Shown here: one piece after another, positions 24,837 through 34,830 of the stretch
How the letters are laid out: each line of letters opens with the position of its first letter
Numbering within the stretch: the first letter of the stretch is position 1
NCBI RefSeq assembly: GCF_006345805.1
Contig: NC_042997.1
Location: 14,942,001 to 15,006,000 of the forward strand
Length of the DNA: 64,000 nt
Direction of reading: 5' to 3'
From: Octopus sinensis
Lineage: Eukaryota
Program-made: the position numbers and the translations under genes
Notes under the pieces: generated by a model
The model's input: the letters and a program-made list of their open reading frames with translations, nothing else
What the model was told of the DNA's origin: nothing
Databases searched by the model: none

Positions 24837-24851
24837 CTGATTTTCTTCCAT
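24837..24851 (-). CDS. Candidate first coding segment (MEENQ) of an unidentified minus-strand gene; host exon probably 25020-24837
   Basis: AAAAATGG start context, in-frame TAG just upstream, donor CAG|GTGAGG, acceptor ttcttctttctttgctgtgatgccag at 25021. The CpG-poor zone lies downstream. Confidence 0.45.
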
Positions 24852-25327
24852 TTTTTCAAGCTATTTCTTATTTGCTGAGCCTCATATGCATTTAGGGGTC
24901 GTTTAGGTCAGTGTTTCTCATAAGGGAGAGTCAGGACTCTGATAGCATTGGGGGCTGTGAGGACTGAAGAGGGAGCAGTAAACTATCATGTTTAATCCAA
25001 TTAAACTTTTACAAGTTTGCCTGGCATCACAGCAAAGAAAGAAGAATTATAGGAATGTAAATTTATTTTTGTCTTCTCATTAATAAAGGGGGGGGGGGGT
25101 AAAAAATTTCATCAGTGTTTTGAACGGGACCATACTGGTTTGGGCATCCCTTGTCTTTATATAGTGCACCCAAGGCAAGAAAGTCAGCCTGTTGAAGTCT
25201 CCCTTTTCCATCACTTCTACAAGATTTCACAAGAATGCCCACAAAACATTTGTCAGTTATACAGTGTTCTTGCTGTATACAACAGAGAACTCTAAAGTAA
25301 CGTAGTGCCTATGTGCAACTGTGTGGA

Positions 25328-25366
25328 CGGGCCCAGTTATAAACTCATTTGCATACAGCCAATCGG
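25328..25366. promoter_or_regulatory. Octamer (ATTTGCAT, 25347-54) next to an NF-Y CCAAT box (AGCCAATCGG, 25357-66); candidate bidirectional promoter
   Basis: Two exact consensus motifs 2 bp apart, with GGGCCC nearby, between the divergent ATGs at 24851 and 26268. Confidence 0.45.
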
Positions 25367-26267
25367 AGTTCATGGGCATAAAGTTACTTTGGAGAAATAT
25401 ACATCGAAACCTAACTATCGCAAGTCAAATAACTTATCGACATGACCAACGGCAAAAGAGCAATTCAAAATAAAGATTCTAAAATAAATAGATCTTCAAA
25501 GTTACTATAAATTATGAACACAGGTGTCAATCAGATTTCAGGTAGAGAGGATCACCTATCATAAAGAGCCCTTACATGGTAGTTCGACTTAAATGAAATA
25601 GCAACCAAATCTCCCTCAAAACAAATCCTACTGCTTTCAAAGTACGAACGATACGTTGGATATATATAAATATATATATATATTAATATATATTCGCAAA
25701 TACACACACACACACACAAAAAAAAAAAGAAAAGAGACAGGATTGTAACGGCTAGAACGCCTTTAACTATAGGTCTGCTTTATCAAAACTGATCTGAGAA
25801 ACAACAAAGGGAAAGTTGTTATGGGAAGCTCAACCTGTTAGAAATAGCAACCAAACTTGTTCCCAGTCACACTTTATTGTCTGCAAAAAAGAACATTTTG
25901 GATAATCTCGTCTTAAAAACACTATGTCTGGATAAAGATGGCATGATCGTTGCTTAAATGTCTTTGATCATTGTCTATTTAATCAGGGCTAAACAATGTT
26001 TTGCAATTCGTAAATAGATTCTTCCTCTAAAAGATTTATTTTAAGAGATAAGGAGTGCTGCTCTTCTCGTAGACAAATCTCATTATGACACTCGAATATG
26101 TATATATTTGCATAATTCAGAGTACCCAATAATCTGTTCGATCGTAATGCTTTCTGATTTGTTATTTCGATAACCAACCAGTGAAAGGTGATTTAAAATA
26201 TATTCTGACCAAAACTATATAAACGAACATTTTGAAGAATATATAATTGAATGTGACAGAATTGAAA

Positions 26268-26272
26268 ATGCC
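26268..26272 (+). CDS. TEX14: TEX14-like pseudokinase, exon 1 coding part (ATG CC|G)
   Basis: AAAATG context, donor CC|GTAAGT, in-frame TAA upstream at 26244. Phase 2 matches the next exon. Confidence 0.45.
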
Positions 26273-26296
26273 GTAAGTGTTGTCTATATTTATCTT

Positions 26297-26339
<43 letters not shown>

Positions 26340-26500
26340 AATATTCTGAACTTCATTATTACAGCTGAGACAATTACATTTTAAACAATAATATCCCTTT
26401 CTTTTAACCTGCTGAAAAAGCTAAATCCACCCCTTAGAAGAATATCCTCTTTAAGTTTATAAAGTATTTTTCATTCGTTTACGGAATGTTTTCTTTTCAG

Positions 26501-26666
26501 GTTCAATAAAGAAAAGTTTCAGAGAAAAGTGTCGGAAATTTTCATTCACATATCGGGAAAGGGAAACCAACAACTTACCACTGAAAAGTCAAACTTAACT
26601 TCATGTTCTTCAGAAATTAAAGAAACAAAAATATTTGGATACTACACAGAGAATCAAATGAAGCGG
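26501..26666 (+). CDS. TEX14: TEX14-like pseudokinase, exon 2 (FNKEKFQ...KIFGYYTENQMKR)
   Basis: Acceptor ttttcttttcag, donor CGG|GTAAAC. Only one frame is open and it ends in phase 0. KIFGYY resembles a degenerate Gly-rich loop. Confidence 0.6.
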
Positions 26667-27827
26667 GTAAACGAAAGTTTATAACTCAAATATTTCAAAA
26701 TGTTTCTTTTGTATTTCCAATAAATTGGGGACTAGGTTATTCAATACTTCCTTCGGTAATTTTTAAAACGTTATTCGAATGAAGTTACGCTGCTATTTCT
26801 AATAGTTCTTAGTAATCATGTAGGGGCTTTTTTTTTTTTTTTTTTATTATTTAAGACTTATGATACTTGGAAGTCAGTCATGAAGGCTATCATAGTAGCT
26901 TTGAGTCCTCTTTAACTTAAAAAGCTTAGTTGTATGGCCTTCAAATGATGCAACTAGATTTCGCATACCGGCCCATCAAAGGATTGTGACTTGAGGCCTG
27001 TTCACCCGATCGTTATTGGGTCTTGAGTTTTTCATTTCTATTCATCACATCTCGGTTAGTTCTCCTTACCTAATGATCTAATCTGTTGTTAGCTAAACTA
27101 GCGAATGATGACTCCCCATCTGATAAGCTTTCTTTGAAATAGGTTATATAAAGCGTTAATGGAGAAGAGCTCAACTTTTGTAATCAGAAGCATCTAGTGT
27201 TATCGCAAAAAAGTACCTAGTTTAAGATATTACACTTATACTATGCCTCGCTGATAAGGTCTAACAAGACCAAAACTCCCAATTATCGAACTGCTAAAGA
27301 TCAAACTCCCTCAATTTTTTATTAATTTTAATTGGAATTTCGTGATTGTATCCTACAGCTTTCTTTTGTCAGTTATTTCTCGCAAGGAGTGCAAATTTAA
27401 TTAGCTTATATTGAGTACGTTAGAACCTACTTATAGTTCAGGAAATGAATAATGCAGGGTCTTGGTTAAATTGACCGCAGTATGATACTAGCACTTCAGT
27501 TCTCAATTTTGGGCTCAAGTTGATAACGGTACATCTGAACTTGGAACAATCTTACTTCAAATGTGGTACAGTAAAACATGCAGTTAATCTTGTCAACGTT
27601 TCTTTCTGAACGGGCGCAGATTAACTGATTTCTTTATTAACATCAAGAATAACAATTTTGGGAGGTTATTCACCAAAGTCTACCTAAGTACTATATTAAT
27701 GCTTATCGATCGCGAAAGGCAAAGTTAATATAGGCGGGATTTGATCTCGGAACGAAAAGCGCCGCAACTAGATAGATGCAGTACAATTTGACACTAACAA
27801 TCTTGCTAACATTTCCCTCGTGAGATA

Positions 27828-28219
27828 TCTTTATGTATAAAAGTAAGGTTGTGTGTCTGTCTCCTACGATTTAGATTCCTAACTACTCCCACATTTTGCG
27901 GTGCAGTTTAACCAAAACCGGGTATCTTATAGTCGTGATTCATATCGAGCCCTTCTGGGTATTAGCGCGCGTCTACGATGAGTCTACGATTTAAAAAAAA
28001 AATTACCATTTTTTTCCATTTTAATGCATTTTTTCGCTATTATATAAGGGAAGTAACTCTCTAAAAATGTCTACGATGAGTCAACGATTTAAAAAAAAAT
28101 TTACCATTTTTTTTCGACTTTTAATTAATTTTTTTGCTATTTTTTGGCTATAACTCTCTAAAAATGCTTATATAGTTATTTCCCTTACAAACCCGAGCAA
28201 CGCCGGGCGATACTGCTAG
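27828..28219 (+). mobile_element. Non-autonomous Helitron (392 bp) in intron 2 of the TEX14-like gene
   Basis: A|TC...hairpin CCCGAGCAACGCCGGG...CTAG|T. Ends 45 bp before the acceptor. Confidence 0.9.
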
Positions 28220-28264
28220 TTGGTAACAAAACTCTCATGCGACGTATCTTGCATTTTCTTTTAG

Positions 28265-28588
28265 CCACGATGTCTTCGACGTCTAACGTTAGTTCCATTT
28301 AAACAAATGACCAAAGAAAATATCGAGATACGACAACTTGTTCAACAAGGATTCGTCCTAATCATGTCCATCTGTCAATTGAAATATGCTGATACACTCC
28401 AAACTGAGAGTTGGTATTTTCTGAATGGAAGTATTCTATATTGCTCGTTGTATATTTGTCTCCATAAAATTGATGCTACATTCTCAGAAACCGACATTTT
28501 CATATTTTTGCGTCGGATTTATTATGCACTAGAATATCTCCATCAAAATGGTTTTATACACAGAAATATTACATCTCATGCTATTCGG
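28265..28588 (+). CDS. TEX14: TEX14-like pseudokinase, exon 3 (PRCLRRL...ALEYLHQNGFIHRNITSHAIR)
   Basis: Acceptor ttttcttttag at 28264, donor CGG|GTGAGT. Phase 0 at both ends. Kinase subdomains II-VIb. Confidence 0.8.
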
Positions 28589-29234
28589 GTGAGTACTACA
28601 AATGTTTTTCATTTATAATTGTACTATATATATAGCTTTACTATTCGGGAAGTTTTATTTACTAAATGTTCAACCTATCCTAACTCGTAGTTCGTTGACC
28701 GATATTTTTTTTTATGTTTTAGTTTCAATTTTTTTTTGCTTAAAAATTTTCCGAATTAAACTTTCGGTTGCAGTTTTCCTTTTTCAATGCAGTGTTTTGC
28801 GCATAGAAATTTTACGATTGACCCTGTATTCAGTTTGTAGAACTTGTCAGTCCCCACGAACGTAATTCTTCTACTAGATTTCTCGGTTTCACATTTTTTT
28901 TCTAATTTTAATTCACTTTACTAGGAGAAAACGTATCGTCATTCGTTTTTAAGCCGGCGGGATTTTTTCCCCCAGCTGATCGACTTGCGCAAAGGATCAC
29001 TAGTTGGTTCATATTTTCCTGTATGTGCAGCAGCTAAAGTTGCCTGAGTACATCACGTTTATTAAAGGATTTGTAATTGAAAATTTTGAACCAGTCATGA
29101 TTTGAAAATGTATACAAGTAATAACCACTCGTCATTTACTTGGCTTACCCGTCTTCTTAGTATGCAAAATTTCTTTTTACTCAATGTAAACAACTAAATC
29201 CTGAATTATTTTGTTTTATAATTTTTGTTCATAG

Positions 29235-30683
29235 ATTATGGATACTTACAGTGTGAAGCTAAGTAAATTTGAGTACATGCACGTTAAGGAAACTGAAGTA
29301 AATTGGACCACTGACGATTCGTGGAGGTGGATGTCACCAGAGACTCTACTGAGAAAGCAGTCAAGTTTAAAATCTGATATTTTTAGTTTTTGTTGTGTGT
29401 GTTTAGAATATTTTAGTAATTGTCTTCCATGGGATAAACGTTCACAGCTTTTTGTGAAGAAACATTACATCAACGGCAATAGTTTCCCACAAGATGACTT
29501 TTCTGTCCCAACTGAAATCAAGGAATGCTTTAGCAACGGTCTGGCAACTAAAAAGCATAAAAGAAAATTCAATATTCATCAATTAGAAACGGTCATGAAA
29601 TCGAGAGCGAATTGTACATTTGAAGCTAATTTGAACTATCCTAATGTTTCGAAATCGAGATACTCAAACCAAATCGAATTAAACCAGCAGCAATTAAAAT
29701 TAAAGACTCCTTCGAAAAGCATTCCTACTAAGAATTTTGCAGTTTTGAAGAATAGGCAGTCATGCGATGGTAATGCATCTAACAATAGTAACAAAACTGG
29801 TTTTAATCGTATTCAAACAGATTCAGTAAAATTTCTAATCAAGTATTTTGAAAATCGTTCAACTCCAAATGCTAACTCCAGGTATTTTAATTCGAAGAAC
29901 TTACGTCGAAGAACCCTTAGCTCGTGTAATCATTCCGCCACTATGAATTCTCCAGAAAAACTTCAAGTAAGTAGAGCGACTTTAATCATGGAAAGCCCAA
30001 GTGATAATGTATATATTAGCAACAGAACCAACCAGAAAACTCAATCACAAAACTTGACTAGTTTAGAAGAATTACAGACGCCTAAAAATACTTTACCAGG
30101 AATCCTGAATGCCAAAATTAGTCATTCAGATATCGGAGATCAAACAAAAAGAATGAATAGCCTTGTATATTTGCGCCGGCAAAGTTGTGTGTCTCAAAAA
30201 TTGTCTTTTAAGAATTCTTCTCCAGAAAACTCGTTTTCGGAATATCCTGCAACAGACTGTAACTTTGTGACTGCATCAACGGAACATTTTGATGCTGAGA
30301 GGGGTTTCTTTGTAAGCAAAACGTCGACTGCTTCATCAATCAGACGCAAGAGTTTCCCATTATATAGTTCTGCGTCCAAAACGCACTACCCGAGACTAAA
30401 TAAAGATTATAATCGGAATTTGAACTTTAAATATTCTCATTCATTTGACGAAATCATTTCTGAACAAAGGCCAGGAACCGGTAAAATACAGAAAACGGAA
30501 ACTAACCGAAAGACTTGTGCATCCAAAGATTTTGTAAAATCACAAGTGACTAAATGGGAGAACCACCCTCGTGAACATTTAATTAAATCGCAAGGAATTA
30601 ATTTGAAATTGGACTTTAAATATGCGATAGATAAAGATATTCACTTCAAAATTAATAGGTGGGAAAACACAATGAAAATCTAA
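29235..30683 (+). CDS. TEX14: TEX14-like pseudokinase, exon 4: C-lobe plus ~340-aa Ser/Asn/Lys-rich tail
   Basis: Acceptor ttttgttcatag in phase 0. Motifs KLSKFEYM, WMSPETLLRK, KSDIFSF, LPW, VKKHYINGN follow the recalled TEX14 pattern (RLTNLEYM, WAAPEVILQK, KSDIYSF, IPW, VKKAVVSGN). Confidence 0.85.
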   Translation: MMDTYSVKLSKFEYMHVKETEVNWTTDDSWRWMSPETLLRKQSSLKSDIFSFCCVCLEYFSNCLPWDKRSQLFVKKHYINGNSFPQDDFSVPTEIKECFSNGLATKKHKRKFNIHQLETVMKSRANCTFEANLNYPNVSKSRYSNQIELNQQQLKLKTPSKSIPTKNFAVLKNRQSCDGNASNNSNKTGFNRIQTDSVKFLIKYFENRSTPNANSRYFNSKNLRRRTLSSCNHSATMNSPEKLQVSRATLIMESPSDNVYISNRTNQKTQSQNLTSLEELQTPKNTLPGILNAKISHSDIGDQTKRMNSLVYLRRQSCVSQKLSFKNSSPENSFSEYPATDCNFVTASTEHFDAERGFFVSKTSTASSIRRKSFPLYSSASKTHYPRLNKDYNRNLNFKYSHSFDEIISEQRPGTGKIQKTETNRKTCASKDFVKSQVTKWENHPREHLIKSQGINLKLDFKYAIDKDIHFKINRWENTMKI

Positions 30684-30868
30684 GCAAATGTATTAGTGGG
30701 GAATCCTGTAAAATTTGTAAATTTATTTTCCAACCCATTGGTTTTTTTTTTTTTTCAATCACATTTTTTTATTACTATACTGCACTCGTATGTTCATTTT
30801 CTCAATTTAACGTCGTTGTAAAAGCTTAATATTCAAGCACAAAGCTCTTAAGTACAATCTGTTTTAGA

Positions 30869-30874
30869 AATAAA
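30869..30874 (+). promoter_or_regulatory. Candidate polyadenylation signal of the TEX14-like gene
   Basis: AATAAA about 185 bp after the stop, followed by T-rich sequence. Confidence 0.35.
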
Positions 30875-31460
30875 TTTAATCTATGAAATATTTTGATACA
30901 AATGTTTATATTTGATATAAATTCATGTTTTAACTTAAATTGTAACATGCAATAGTTACTGAAGAAATTTCTTATAGTTGAATCAAGATAAGCAATTCTT
31001 GAAATTCCTTTGTCATTGATAACGACCGTATATAGGGTCTATTGAATTTTAATATTTTAATAGATCTTGTATAATTTTTTCTTTTGTAGAATGTTATATA
31101 TTCTTGTACAAAAATACTGCCATGTTTTTATTATCTTTGAAAAAATCTTCTTTTTTTTTTATAAGTTTATGAAGTTGAATTTTTATCACCAATTTTAATT
31201 TGCGATTGGAACTAAATAGTAATGAAATGAAAGGTAAATTAATTGTAAATTAAGGAACTATTCCGACACCACTTCGATACAGCGAAGATATTTCCTCTAC
31301 GTCTTTATTTTTTTTTTTTTTTTTTTCTGTGTAAATATGTCTGGGCAAAATTGTGTGTGGATCAATAAACTCTGTATTGGATGATTGGTATAATCAATCC
31401 GTTTTGATAGAATGTTATGTTACACTTGTGTTTGCTGTTTCTACTAGTTAGTATATCACA

Positions 31461-32145
31461 GTACTCCGCAACCTTTTCACTTGCGGCACACTTGAACTAA
31501 TATAACGAAGGGGGTCAAACGCGTTTGACCCGAGCAAAAAAAACAAAAAAAAAAAACGAAAAATAGTGTAATAGGTGTAAAACAACTTGCTCTAAAAGAA
31601 TATGAAAAAAAAACTCGCGCTCGCGAAAGGGGAGTGGCAGAGAACTCGGAAAATTCACATCGTGAATATTCCGAGCCGCCTCACCAGAGCAAAGAAACAA
31701 AAGAAAAATAGTGTAATAGGTGTAAAACTATTACTTGCTCTATACGAATATGACAAAAAGAAAATGCGCGCTCGCGAAAGGAGGGAGGGAGGGGACTCTG
31801 AAAATTCACATCGTCAAACCATGGCCTTTAAATTATAGTTTAACCCCAGCACAAAAACCAAGCTACATCTTGGTGGGGTCCCAGTTCCCAGGGATTTCAA
31901 AATAATTAAGGCTTGTTTACATTTTTGTTTTTTTGTTTTTTGTGTGTGACACTTTCTGGAGTAATTAAATTTTAAGTTGTCTGGGGGAATCCTTTTCTTT
32001 TTGTGCCTTAAAACACACTCACCGGTAAAATTTCCACTTTTATATTTTCCTAAAGGTTGCAAGACGCAACGAAAATTTTAGGAAAATAAGAAAAAAGTGG
32101 AAATTTTACCGGTGAATGTGTTATATTATAAAGGCACAAAGAAAA
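31461..32145. repeat. Structured module: hAT-like start, 20-bp palindrome, 145-bp-period duplication, ~150-bp foldback
   Basis: GGGTCAAACGCGTTTGACCC at 31512-31. Units at 31558-31663 and 31703-31814. Inverted arms at 31993-32054 and 32077-32145. Confidence 0.75.
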
Positions 32146-34549
32146 TGACTCTACCCAGACACAACAGAATATGCTTCAATACACGAACTCGTATAAAGAA
32201 TCTTGCAAACCAAAAACAAAATAATTCTAAGTTATCTTTCTTACGGCCAATCCAATTTTTAATTCTTCACGGGATTTTAGCTTACTCCACTGCACGACTT
32301 TTAAAAAAAAATTTTTTTTAAACGTTTTCAGTCGACCACATAGACTGGAAATTTTTTCACAAGCTGACAAATCTTTTGAATGTGCCATTGAAATTCTAGA
32401 TCCGCAATGTCTGTGACAGCTGAGAATAGGGACCTCGACTTTTTCTCCACTTCATTACGCAGTTACTTTGTTTGGTGGCCGACAAAAATTTCTCACTTAC
32501 CCCACACACTCCCGAACTTTAAAAAATATTTTGGCATTCATTTAAGATGTATTCACCTCCGCGGAGAAAATATATGCACACATTTTGGATAGTTGGTTTG
32601 CCAAATATGTGATTAATTTTTTTTTATTAACCTGGGCTTATAAGAGAGTAATGTGATCGGAAGTGACAGTGCTGTGTTTATAACATGAAACTAAACACCG
32701 CCGCTTCTCATCGGTTCTTTCTAGTAATGCTGGATTGCTTTGCTCACGTGTAAATATGTTCTATTAGCATGTATTGACATGCAAGCCATCAAATAGCCTT
32801 CTCGGTGTTCATTGTTCAGTATAGTACATTGGAACGGTACACCTCAGCTGCTTTTTCTGAAATACTTGACATATCACTGGAAGGTTAATGTACAAATAGG
32901 TGCCCGTGGATGCGACACAAAGGGAGTTCTGATTACAAAAAAAGGGATTTCACCAGTTCGCTCCGTGATTGTTTTCCGAAGTGAGATGTCACTTCCAATC
33001 AATTTACTTTAATGTTCAAGTCATAAGTTGCATGTTAACATTTTTTGCACGTGTATTAACTTCCATGCACATTGATGACTTTGTGAGTGAGCTCTGAGAA
33101 AAATGGCAGTATCAGATCACTTAGAATTATAGTTAATCGCCAAAATATAGCGATCTTCCGATGGCGGAAAATAGGTGACCCTGATCGCCGCCATTTATGT
33201 TCAGAAATCCGAAGTTGAATGAATCAGACAAACAAGTAATCGTTAATAATAGGCAATGACTACAAATCAAAGTGGAATGGTTTTGTAACGTGGAGTTCAA
33301 CCAAAATTTGAAAACGATGTTCTTTCCGTTTACCACAAAGAAAAATTATCGTAAACAATTGGCATTAATGTTTAGTCGTAATCTCTGCCTTTGAAAACAG
33401 GAAGCCTAAGAAATGTTTGAAAGAAAAGTAGTGCTCATTTGAAACTTCTCCTTGGGCATTGCTAAGTATGCATTTTCTGATCATAAAACGAAATAACTTA
33501 AAACATTAACGCCATTGGTCAGTTTTATGCCTCGAGTTATGGATTTCGGCTTTTTTTTTTTTTATATAATACAAACGAGATCGGGTGTGCAGTGGAACAT
33601 TCTTGCAATCTGAACAACTGCTCACCAATAAGATAAACGGTCGTTAATCGGCTATGAAAAAAAAAAACCCCCGAAAAATACAGGATTTGTAATTTTTTAA
33701 AATTGTATTGTGTATTTGATATTCTTAGTAAACAAGTATTAAACGGATTGCGGTATTTTATGCATTTGAATTTTACAAATATAATTGACACCAGGTAGTT
33801 CTGTAAATATATTTCAAATATTGACGTACCATGCATGCTAATTTTACTATTTTGAGACTGTGTTCATTCTATACGTTATGTTGGAACGTTGAATCTACGA
33901 AATGTTTAGTGTCGTGGCTTGGGAATTGTCGATAGGTCCGCCACTCAACACCAATTATGTCAGGTAATGACATGGCAGCACAAGGACAAATCTAAGGTCT
34001 GCATTGCATTAACTTTATTTCACAGAAAAATTTCACTTCGAAAGTTTTTTAGTCGTTACTGATGGCTTTTCAGTTGGCTATGCGAGTTCACAAAATATTC
34101 AAAACTTTAAAAAATAATTTAAGGTTCACCACTAACAAAAAACCTTTTCATTGCAAGTTAAAATAACTAAGTTCCGTCTTCAGAAAATGAAAATAAAATG
34201 CATCTTAACCGGTCACCATCCAAATTCTGTTAACTGCTTGACAAAACGTAGTGAAAAACCTTAATATCCTGCTTCTCCCAGCTACGTTATTGCAGTGATG
34301 ACTTACTATCAAGTTCACACACAACTGTGCCCTCCTCCCCGACTTTATCTCATAACTTCCAGGAAAATGGATTTTTTTTTCTACAAATGAACTTCAGATT
34401 ACGATAATATCGGAATTTGTAGTGAAAATGTTTTTTTTCCCGAGATTGGGGTGAGAAGTTTCGGAAAATTCACGAGTTGACTGTTTATGTAGGTACGCCA
34501 AGAGTCTACCCGCCCACCAAGAAAAACGGGAAAGAAAACTTTTTAGAAG

Positions 34550-34830
34550 GGGTTAGTCGAACAAATCGACTCAAGTATTTATTTCATCGGTTTTATTTGC
34601 CACATCGCTAAGTTATGAGTGACTCACCAGAAAAATAAATACCAGTTGTCAAACATTGGTGAGGACATAGACAAGATGAGTTTCTTTTAGTTTTCATCTA
34701 TGAAATCCACTGAAAACTTTCGTTGCCTGCGCTAGAGCAGAAATCATTTGCCCAAAATGCTGTGCAGTGAAAGCGAACCAAAGACCATATGATTGGAAAG
34801 TAGACTGGTTTGAACCACAGTCGAGTTTGC
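34550..34830 (-). mobile_element. Old decayed SINE family A copy
   Basis: AGTCGAACAAATCGAC...CGCTAAGTTA...GTTGTCAA and ATTTGCCCAAAATGCTGTGCAGTG echo the 296-695 copy. Confidence 0.5.
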
